A DNA stretch of 64,000 nucleotides from Kudoa neothunni (Eukaryota; Animalia; Cnidaria), in the NCBI GenBank assembly GCA_964304625.1, contig OZ199838.1, positions 2,025,927 through 2,089,926 on the forward strand, in the 5' to 3' direction. Position numbers and translations under genes: made by a program. The notes under the pieces were generated by a model. It worked only from the letters and a program-made list of their open reading frames with translations. It had not been told where the DNA came from and searched no databases. Positions 53,061 through 64,000 of this stretch are shown here, piece after piece (within the stretch, counting starts at the first letter, position 1; the number at the start of each line of letters is the position of its first letter).

Positions 53061-55400
53061 TTTAATTCATCGTTATCAGTTGCTGATTTTTTTATTTATC
53101 TATATATAAAACACACCCAATAATAAAAATTTTTAAATAATAATAAAAAAAGAGTGTTAAATCATATTGACATAAAAACTATTAAATTTGGCCAGATTTA
53201 GGCAATGGTTATTTCACAGGCAATTAATCTCTAAAACTGACAATAGAATTTGTTGTAATTTTGTATATCGAAATAGCTTCAATGAATATCATTATTTACA
53301 AATTCGTCGATAAATGTCTACACTATATATTTATCGTGATATAAAAGTGGCTAAATCCGAAATAGAAGTATGCAAATCAATAGGCAATCCGTCCTTGGAA
53401 ACCCTCAGTGCAAGTTTAACAGATCAACCATTTTTGAATTTTCTTTTATTTCATTGTTCATTCTTTGTGTGCCTATTAGTACCACCGAAAGTACATCGAT
53501 ATGTAATTTCGTAATAACGAAAAATGGATTGGCTGATTTAGTTATTCTGCTTTTAATACTTAAGAGGATTCTTCCTGGCATTATTACAAGCTAAAATATG
53601 ATTTCTTTTCATAAATATTTATAGCTCTTTCTAATACATCAAAAGAATTAAACTTCACGCCAACGTTAAATAAATTCTGATTCATCACTCTGGCGTACAA
53701 ATTAATGAGTAACACACACATAATCATGAAACATTGTCGTTATATATTTATAAAACTGTTTAGTATATTTGTGAACGAATACTTTGATTGTTAATCTGTT
53801 TTTTAAGTTAAAAAACCTGTTCACATTCAGTGACGAGTGTTATTTTTGGGTCTTCTATACAACTTATGTGTATATGCTTAAAAATTAATAAGTCAAATGC
53901 TCTCTTTTGATTGTATTAATATATAAATTTACAGTAAATTCGGCCGGATAGTTTTAGAGATATTAATAAGTTAATTTTAAAATAAAATGGTTACAACATG
54001 ATTAAAATTGGCTCGATATTTAAAACCTCCAAGTCTATAGTGAATACTTTTTGGCAGAAAATAAACGTTATAATGATTTCACTATTTGATGAATTGACGT
54101 TAATTTTACGAGGAATAATCATTACGTCTAATAATTGCTCTTAAAACCCCTTAATTTGAAATGTAAATATATTTAATAATAAAATATAGTTCTATCAAAT
54201 ATGAATATTTAATATATAAAAATTTACTTTTTTTCAAACTAACAAATTACGTTTAAAACATTCTTATATCAAGGTTGAATAGTATCTAACCTTATCGATG
54301 CAATTAATTCAAGAAACAGTTGGATTTATATTAATTAACTGATATATTATTAATTCTACTGATTATCAATTTTTTCCAACATTATGAAATATTCCGATAC
54401 TATCAATTTTTTACTGGTAATTTTTCGAGTAATTACGATATATTCTTGTTATATATTTATGATACCCTCATGTATATGATATAAAACGAAATTATATGAC
54501 AATATTGATCACGTTGGACAATTTCAATTAAATCCATAAAGAACGTATAGTACACCAAGTTTATGGTTGAATTGCTAAAAATCTCGTACATATAAGATTA
54601 AAGCATTAAGATAACATTGCGACTGTGTAATAAAACTAGATTTTAGTGTATCAAATTAGTTACCAATAAAAAGTTGCAAAATATAACAATTCAAAATAAT
54701 CATTTTCTGATATATAAAATATAAAATTTTATCGAAAGCATTGTAAAACAACACATAACTTTTTTCGAGATTACAAACTAAAATAAGATAAATTACCTAA
54801 AATCTATTATTTCATATATAATGACTAATCCATGTTCAGAAATCTCTGTAATACGTCCTTGTTTTTACTTCATTTAATAACATAATAATCCAAATAATAA
54901 GTTTTAATTTTGGTTAATAAAACTCGGATCAGATATTGAGTTAAAAACGAATAAAAAATTTTTGTTAAGTTATATTGTATTAAAAATAAGAAAACCCATG
55001 TATATACAGAAATTTCAAATTATGTATTATTATATTTAAATCCAAAAAATTATTATAGAAATACATGCGATATGAAGAGGACCCAACTTTAACCTCGCCG
55101 ACTCTCTACTCATAAATTGTGATATATGTATGAACATAATATTTTGTAATGATATAATTTTTGAATTCATTATTTATATTTAGAACATTTGATTATTCAA
55201 AGATTCTTATTAACTCAATATAATTCACTTTTTAAGTAGTAAAAATTAACAAGTCTAAAATGTATGAGTAAAGAAAAATATGCATCCAATGTGATTCCAC
55301 ATATTATTATATTATTTGGAAAATTCTAATGCTTTGAAAATCAGAAAACTAGAAGAAATAATGATTAAATACAAAAAAATGAAATACATAGCAATTAAGA

Positions 55401-57552
55401 TTAAAAAACATTAACATATTTGACCTCTTTGAATGTAGGGATGGAATTCCCATATATGATGGCCTTAACTTCATAGAATCCCTTTTTGTTAGGGAGGATA
55501 CAAAATTTTTCACGAATTGGTGATCCTTTCGTTATCTTACTAAATCAATAACTGAATTTTAACAATAGAAATTATTTTCAAGACTTTATACACTTCTTGG
55601 GTATATTCTCACAAAAATCCACTTTAAGCTTCACAAACACATTCTCCAAGTCGGTGGGAAAAGGATTAACTAAATTTATACATATATGGCATCTTTTATG
55701 AGTTGAAACTTTTTTCGGTAAGATTATATCAAATGAAGGGGTTTTTATGGGGATACAAAAGTTCCTTTTATAAGCTTTTTCTCCATCGACTACAAAAACT
55801 TCCAGAAGCACATTGCATAAATCACTTTGGACCTTTTCCAGTATATCCTTGCTGGCTATTTTAAGCCACATTGTATTGGAATTGTTTTTTTGAAATAAAA
55901 TTTTTTTGTTTGATATCTCTTCGGACCGAATATTTGGATGTTGTGTCACAAAACATTTCATTACAACTTCCATCTTCGCACTGGACACATATAATACATC
56001 TAAACGGATATCCAAATCTTCCCCCATCAAAATATGATCCATGTTGTTGAACAATCGAAAGTTAACAATTTCTATGTCATGTTTTTGATCAAACAATCCA
56101 TCAGCGTTTTTTCTTGCCATTATATCCAACAGTGATCCGTCGATGTATTTATATTCGTGGGTTATATCCATGCGATGTGTAGATCCCACAGCCTTTGTGC
56201 TAATGCATTTTCCAATTCTTGCAATTTCAATATCAAAAGTTTCAAATTTAGTATTCTTCCATTTTTTATTAATAACGTCTCCATTTACCTCACTGAATAT
56301 GAATCGGCTGTCATATCCAACTGTAAGATCTCCTGCTTTGATAGCAGCGACAGGAGCAGGACCACATGTGTATCTTCCATCTTTGCTTCTTGTTTGAGGT
56401 GTTCCATCTACAGCATGCCATCCGTTGTATTTTTCTACGCCGGGGCATTTAATATAGCATTCATTCCAACAATGGAAGGTCCAAATGTCATCGTTTGATA
56501 GGTGGCGCAACAAATTACATTCTTCGTCATAATACCTTTCCATATCAAGAGTGTCGTCTGAGTCATATAAACAATCGTAACAAGTTACTATTCGACAACC
56601 GATTCCGGCCAAACGAAAAACTAAATTAAAGCATTAATTTCAATTATGAAAGAAATTTCTAATATTGTATACGTGAGCACAACAACGCTGAAAACGTAAA
56701 ACACTGCCCATATTTGACAGGACGTTTTGTTTTTATGTATTTTCTAAAAATCTCTTTTGAGCATGACCAATAATCAGGCGATTTTCCACCCAAAAATTTA
56801 ATCCCCCATTTACCTACCAGAACACCATCGTCGTCCAAATTATTTACCAATGCAGTTAACTCTCTTGCTATTTTATAAGCACACGATCTTAGTGATCTGT
56901 CTATTTTCTTGAGAAGATATAATAGAGTTTCGATGGTTTCCTTGCAAAATTGATTAAGAGACCAATCATTTCCCCAAATTGAAAAGCTGTAACCTCGATA
57001 CACAATTGTTTCTGTATTCAGTATATACTCGATTCTATCTTCCCCTTCAGGAATATATGTTTCATCGTCTATAAATAATTAAGTAACACTATCAAATTTG
57101 GCGTATCTCTGAAAATTCACTAGGATTCCATGCATTAAATAGCATTAGAAACTTTTGCTTCCCCAATACTTTTTTACCAATCATTATGGTTGCCTCGTAT
57201 TCACCAATTTCACAATCGCAGGGTGTTGTTAAATAATAAACAACCTTTTTCCTAGGCTCCACAGATGATTTAAGAATCCAGTGAGATGTCGATTCCTCTT
57301 GTTGAGTATATAACTAAATTCGATTTTATAACAAACAACATACGTTAATTGTACTATTTGATTATCGTCCAAGCATTTTCCGTTCGCGTGCAAACGAATC
57401 CATATACTTAAATTGCTTTTTTTCACTACTGGGGCGATTTGTTTTTTCATTGAAAAGCTAAATATCCCACCTCGACGAAGGACAGGATGGGGCCATTCAA
57501 AGTTTTTATTCATATCATTCTCAGGTACGCATATACTCTCCGAAGATCCCAT
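55401..57552 (-). CDS. Transglutaminase, paralog B
   Basis: PVLRRG; GVLVGKW; YGQCFTF; WTFHCWNE; GWHAVDGTPQ; FIFSEVN. Exon layout matches paralog A; last exon ends ...KYVNVF*. Confidence 0.93.
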
Positions 57553-58464
57553 ACCCCCTAATGATGCGCTTAGATTGCGATGATTTTAGAAATTCTGTGA
57601 ACTGCTTACCTCAATTATAATATGCACTACGATATAAATTACAACATTTTTAATTCTTTATCAAAAAAATGACTAATTTACGAATGAGGAAATATTTTAA
57701 TTTCATTTTTACATAAATATATTCGATTATTTTCAAAAAGAGTATTGAACCTTTTAATTGTTTTAGATATATAGATAATAGGATAATTTTTAAGTCATAT
57801 GATTCTGAAATTCATTTTGTTAGATATCATTGCAACAGATTAAAAAACCAATTGAGTGTAGTTTTGATTGTATTTAAATATTGCTGACCCCTAACAACGG
57901 TGGCAATGGACAAAAAATAATAAAATTTAGCGGATTCTAAAAAATAAATGTTCTATATCTTTTATAAATTGGAGTTGTGGGGATGAGAAATAATATTCGC
58001 GTCCGCGCGAATAGTAATTATAAAGCACTAGCTATTGACTCGTAAGTTTTTAATCCAATATGGCTACACCGCTTGCGCAATATCCATTTTTAATCCCAGT
58101 AACTTCTATTTATGGTCGATTTATAAAGTTCATTATTTAGAATCTGCTGTATTTAATTAATTATTTTTGGACTTAGGGCATTAGCGATGGACCACAAATA
58201 ATCAAATACAGTCAAAACTATTCCTACCTGGATATTGTGATCCGTGTCAATAATCACTTCCTTATTAGAATTAGGAGATGCAACTTTCGATTACAATCGA
58301 TTTTTTTCGATTTTAACTGTTGAATCAGAAGAAAATGGCCGGTTTTTATTTTTTTGATGGGATTGGCTACTCCAACGGTGCGGAATATTTTTTAGGTTTC
58401 TAATGATAATTAAAATCTGATTTCAGATATATGTTTGGCTAATTTTTACCTATAAGAATGTTAT

Positions 58465-58607
58465 TGTCACGGATCCTGTATCCATTAATCTCCATTATAT
58501 ACTATGAAAGGAATTACGACTGTTAATTACTTATCATATAATACATTCGACGGCTACCATTAAATTGTGTCTCCCTTAGAGCGAACAAATAAAAAGTCTC
58601 CACGACA
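58465..58607. mobile_element. Very short solo LTR, 143 bp
   Basis: GTTAT|TGTCACGGA ... TCCACGACA|GTTAT gives TG..CA termini and a perfect 5-bp TSD, with an internal AATAAA. It is absent from the partner TIR. Confidence 0.85.
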
Positions 58608-59099
58608 GTTATGTTTTTCATGAAAAATTTTGTGATGAATATTTACACGTTACCACCGTTACAATGCTTGAAATGAAAGGTTTACAGGTGTCATATAAAA
58701 TTATTTAATATAAATATTTCTTTTAATAGTCAAAAATATCCTTTTTTTAGAAAAGATATATTTGTAATCATTTAAACTTCGAATCATTAGGCACTGAGTT
58801 CGCACTTGTCTAAGTCCAACAAATTAGAGTTTGTTGGTAAACAATATATAATATATAGTTTATCGATAAAACATTAAAATATAACAAAAAAATTACCCAA
58901 AAAGATATATTCTATATATATAATTAATTAAATTTATAAAAAAGAATTTTGGTCCACAACCGCGTATATTAATGTCAATGTGGTTTTCGCGTGATTGATG
59001 CTTCAGTTAAATAAAAAATGAATAACCTTAAACTATCACTAACTAAGGTTTTAAAAGTCTAAATTATTAACAAAATGAGACAATCACGTTGGTACTAGA

Positions 59100-61500
59100 A
59101 TGGTCCTATACACGGATTATGATCAACTCACGTTTCACGTTGGACGTGAAGGCACGGCAAATGAAGGAAATCCAGAATTCATTGTAGGAATGAAATTCAA
59201 TTCTTACGATGAATTGAAATATAAAATTACCCAATACGAAATCAAAAATCGTTGTAATATAAAAGTAAGGGATTCAAGAAAGATTTCCAGTGCTCAAAGA
59301 AGTTATAACAGGACTTTTAAACCTGATATTGTTTATTACGAAATAAGGTATGTGTGTTATTTCAGCCTGAGTTACAGTAGAAAAAATTCTGGCGAAAGGA
59401 ATAAAGCAAAATTTAAACAAGGCTGTCCATTCCATAGCAGTCTTCGTGCCAGCTTGGACGGAAATTTTCTAGAGGTTAAATCTGTAAACTTAGGACATAA
59501 CCATCCCTGAAACCCAACTATTTTTGAAAACTTACCTGATCAACGAAAAATTAATTTTAACGATCCATTCTTAGCTGAACTGCTATTTCTCGGGGAAAAC
59601 AGGAAAACAATTAAGCTAAAACTAAGACAAGAAAGAAGTATTAATGTCATTGAAATCACTTCACAACGTTAAAAATTCTTCCTCCTGCGAAATAAAAGAT
59701 GTTAGCTAGGTTATAAAGCTTCTTAAATAAAATTATAAGTGCGAAGTTAAATTATTGGCCCCTGAAAATTCCCTAAGCGGGATATTTTTTACCGATGAAA
59801 AAATAAAAAATGTAATCAACTACTTTCTAGAGGTTATGTTCATGGATGCCGCATATAAACTGCTTAATTCAAGGTAGTTAATAATTTGAACCGACTAGTT
59901 TATTAGTTTAAAGTTCCGCTTTACGTAACAGCAACACAATACTCGTGTGATCAAATGCACATTACAAGTGCGTGTATACTATATTAGGAAACCGAAAAAA
60001 AAACAATTAAATGGTTTTTACATGAGCTAATAGATGGTGCTCATTGTTTAAAGTTCAAATTTTCGATAATAGTCACTGATGAGGATCGCACCCTAAGAAA
60101 ATGTGTAAAAGAAGCTTTTAATGCAGCATCCCTGATCATATGTAGATTTCACGTTAATCAGGCCTTCCAAAGAGAAATCCTTCCAAAAAAGTATATAGCT
60201 AATATTGAAAAGAAAAATTCACTTCTGGCAACTCTTCAAAAATGATGTGTGCAACGTCCAAAACCGAATATGATGAACTGAAAGTCGAGCTTTTCCTACG
60301 TGGTGTTACTGAATTCAATTCATATTTTGAAAAAAATTGGAACCCCATAGCTTAAGTATGGGTTATTGGTTTGAGTTCAGCCAACAATTATTTCAATAAC
60401 GCCACTAACAATCGACTAGAGGCAATGAATGGACAGCTCCAAACTGTTGTTACAAAATTCTCGATTCTTGAGGATTTTTTCTGATATTTAGAATCCATTA
60501 GAATTGAGAGGAAAAATAAAATTGTTTCAGATCTTATTAAACCTCATTCAGTGATAAGTGAAACATACAATGGTTATAATAAATTACTTACTCCGTTTGC
60601 GGCAAATATAACTTTGTCAAAAATGGAAAAGCTCAATAGTTTAAAGGATTATTCATATAATAAAAATATCAACACATGTAACTGTCCCCAATATCTATCA
60701 TTCAACTTCTCATATGTACATATTTTCCATCAAAGAGCGTTAAATGTAGTCGAAATGTTCGATGAATCTTTGCGACGTCGTCGATGGACTATGGACGCGA
60801 CGACATGTTTCTGAATTTTTAAGTACATTTACGATGAGAAATAATACGTTAAAGTCAGAAAAGCCAATCTTAACAGTTAAAGCAAAGGATTCGATTCAAA
60901 GTTTCTCTCATAGACTCAGATTATCTTCAACTTACACAAATAATTTAGCAGCTACGTCAGCTGAATTTTGTGGAAACTTCTACGAAATATGTTTAGATGC
61001 TTATACAGAGTTAGAAAATATTATTATTAAACATAACGATAAAAAAACTGACTACTGTGATAAAACTAAGTAGATGACATTTTATACACAAATAATGAGT
61101 ACTTTAGTGAAACATGATTGCAGCGATGAAGATCCAGTAAATATAGCTAGTTGCGTTAACTCTGTAATTGAGTTGTCGAGTAAATTAATTGATATGGTAT
61201 TAATCATAATTTCTCTTATTTATAGATGAGCCCCAAGTTACGACAGATGAAATAATGGTATCTTTTCCGTAATTTCTTAAATTAACAAAATTAGATGAAA
61301 TTTTTCAATATAATTCGACGCAATCCGAGAAATTAATACCTGAAAAATTCAAGGATAGAATTTTAAGAACTACAAAATATTAGTTTAAATTTGCATCTCC
61401 CTTCTGAAATAAAATCCATAGGAAGGCCGAAACGAAGCAGAGTTGCTGCTATTGGGCATCCAAAGAAGCAAAAAAGCGGACAAAATCAAACAAATTCGAA
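59100..61500 (+). pseudogene. MULE transposase (FAR1/WRKY-like Zn finger, DDE, SWIM), disrupted
   Basis: VGMKFNSYDEL; GCPF...HNH; FMDAAYKL; IVTDED...CRFHV; TNNRLEAMN; TCNC...H; IGRPK. Multiple stops and frameshifts. Confidence 0.88.
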
Positions 61501-63014
61501 TATATGAACAATAGAATTCTCGAAATAAGACATTTCGTTGTTGTTTACTCGATAACTTCGTTTTTTAAACATACCTCGCGCGAAGCCTAACTTATACAAC
61601 TTTTCAAATTCATTATTTAAAAATTACATTATCTTATACGTTATAACGGAAAAGATATCATAAATGGTAAAATTTAATTCAACTTGTGTTGAAATATGCT
61701 GTGCCAATACCTGAAGCAGTCAATCACAGCCTATATCGTTAGCGCGCATCTATCAAAAGCGTAGCGTGAATATCATTTCATTGGTATCGAAGCGTACATT
61801 TTCTGACATCAGAAATAAAAATAATAGTTCAATTCTATAATAGGCTATACAAATAATTGGTATAAAATAATATTTAAGTGGAAAAAAAGCGATTGCAAAA
61901 TGTAAATATTCATCATAAAATTTTTCGCAAAAACAAAATTCTTATGGGTAAAAATTAGCTAAACACATGTCTGAAATCAGATTTTAATTATCATTAGAAA
62001 CCTAGAAAATATTCTGAATCGTGAAAATAGCTAATGCCTTTTATGATCGATAAAGATCGGTTTCTGACGAAAAGGAACGTTGGAGAATTAGAAGGATGCG
62101 AAGTGATTTGATTAATTACAAGGGGTGCCGGGTGGTTCGAATTTCTAAGATTTCGCGCGCAATATCGCGGAGGGATAAATACCGTAAATCAACTATAATG
62201 ATAAATTATTTTTAAGGAAATTACTCAGTTATAGTAAAATTTTTAAGTTTTCTGACAATTATATTGTATACTTCTAGTTCTGTATTCGTTTGATGTTTAA
62301 TCTATTTCGACTAATGTCTTAAATCAGACAAACGAGAGGTGCCATTTTGAATGGAATAATTTATCGTTCTCTATCGCCAGATATACAAAACTTGTCATCC
62401 CATGGAAAGTTACCATCACATATAAAATCACTAATATTGGCGTCGTTTTCAATATTGTTTCCGCCCATACTGTCGCTAGTTTTTGAAAAACTTTATTATG
62501 TCATATTTCTTTTTTAATGTTTTAACTCAATTTTAATTTCTGTCCTCCATTTCGCTACTAGTCGAAAACGAAAATCTCAATGCACCTGAAAAGTTGCGAA
62601 CAACACGTCACTACAAAATAATCCATAAAAAATATAATTAATTAATTTAAAAATATTTTATTTATATTCTTAACAGTCAAATAAATGTTTTTAAATAGCT
62701 TGAGAAATAAATAACTTATTATAATCTTATATGAACGTTAATTTTGTAACATTTTCTCAAATTACACATCACCCACTGTACTTGGTGGAATGGAACGATT
62801 TAAAAGCCATTGAGGATTCACACGCCTGTAAAAATTGCAAAGGACTTAACGACTTTTTGGAAATACAATCTGATAGCCTTAATATGGCTTAACTTATCGT
62901 TAAATTTTTAATTGATGCTCTTACTGTGTTGTATGATTTCTCCAAATTAATAGAAACAAATGAGAATATTACATCACGGATTTTTGAATCGATGAACGAT
63001 GATTCTGTACTTAG

Positions 63015-64000
63015 CCCTCTAAGGATTTTGGGATAAATTTTACCCCAAGGAGATTTTGTATTCATTATATCTTTTTATTTCATGCATTAAATCTCACCAA
63101 ATTTTCAATATTTCTGGGACTTTTAATGATTTACTTTTACCAAACAAATAGAAAAAAACAAATGAAAAGAAAAAGTTTTATTTAAATAGTATCCTCTAAC
63201 GTTTTTGGGGGTAAAATTCACCCCACTTTTCTATTACTTTAATGTAATGAGTATCTTGTAAACAATCAAATAATTAATTATTAGTCAAATCCAACGGGTA
63301 GATTTGAAGAAAACAATGAACAAAATGACTAGTTACTGCAATGCGCCTGCGCGAATAGTGCATCATTCTAAATGAATGACGCGAGTGATTTCACTGACGA
63401 ATACACCACATCTGGAAACGAGTGTGACGATCAATTTATTGATGAAAGTGATATATAGGACGAAGAAATAGATCATATAGATATTAACTATAATAATTTA
63501 AAAAGTAAAAGTGAACTTATTTGGAGTTTACCAAAGTAACCTACGAGGAACACCTGTGCCGAAAATATAATGAATTCCATCCTTGGTACCACTTCATATG
63601 TTGTATCAAAAATACAATCATTCATTGATTGGTTTTTGTTATCTTTTACCTAAGAAATCGGTAGTATTATCATAAAGTATGCAAAAATGTGCTTGGAAAT
63701 CATTATTTCAACGATGAATGACATGATGCCAATGAAATTGAATTTGAAGGTTATGTAGGCCTTCTAATACTAACAGCTATTCGTTAGGAAAGACGAGTAC
63801 CACTGATAATACTATCGTGGATGCGTCTAAAAATTTAAAACCTCATACGATAATGCATTACAAAACAACCAAGGGTGGGGTTGATAATGTGGATAGAATG
63901 TTGGCATCAATTTCTACCTAGATGTTTGAAAGAAGATGGCCGCTTGTCGTCTTTTCGACATGATTGATATCTCGTTGATTAATTGCATTAGCATTATTTA
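63015..64000 (+). pseudogene. Degraded, internally deleted piggyBac of a second family, running off the window
   Basis: KPHTIMHYKTTKGGVDNVDRM...RRWPLVVF at about 63840-63955, an acidic N-terminal relic, and repeated GGG(G/A)TAAA..TTT/CACCCC subterminal motifs. Confidence 0.75.

Larger units (their letters stand above)
58340..62060 (+). mobile_element. Mutator-like element (MULE) with long imperfect TIRs
   Basis: 58360-58650, once the LTR insert is removed, is the reverse complement of about 61895-62040 (e.g. AGGTTTCTAATGATAATTAAAATCTGATTTCAGA). The outer boundaries are uncertain. Confidence 0.7.

Noticed and set aside
48246-56498. Plus-strand ORFs 48246-48515, 48621-48917, 56143-56397 and 56157-56498
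   Set aside because: They are antisense shadows of transglutaminase exons.
62865-62895. Hammerhead-like CTGATAGCC-loop-GGC motif (also CTGATGAG at about 2789 and 60076)
   Set aside because: The conserved GAAA core and flanking stems are missing or the motif lies in transposase coding sequence.
1-64000. CRISPR array, prokaryotic operon or defence system
   Set aside because: No regularly spaced direct repeats, and the genes have spliceosomal introns and metazoan homologs.

Overview
Very AT-rich eukaryotic nuclear DNA from an animal with compact genes and tiny GT-AG introns (mostly about 35-60 nt). The divergent proteins suggest a reduced parasitic metazoan such as a myxozoan or orthonectid, but the species cannot be fixed from this window. 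Hand-spliced host genes: a HIF-alpha-like bHLH-PAS factor with no recognisable ODD or C-TAD, RPA3, a tandem-C2 synaptotagmin-like protein, two orphan genes, a CREC-family EF-hand protein plus a decayed tandem copy with a gene-conversion tract, PINCH/LIMS, a Derlin with an uncertain or truncated C-terminus, and two tandem transglutaminases. Intergenic DNA is dense with DNA transposons: one apparently intact pogo/Tigger element whose transposase has three micro-introns, a full-length but mutated piggyBac, Merlin (ISXO2-like), MULE and hAT relics, nested MITEs, a 143-bp solo LTR and SINE/LINE-like pieces. I found no CRISPR array, rRNA gene or clearly intact tRNA gene, and no single unambiguous new biological system. 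The best leads are the ODD-less HIF-alpha-like gene, the intron-bearing pogo element and the differentially acylated transglutaminase pair.
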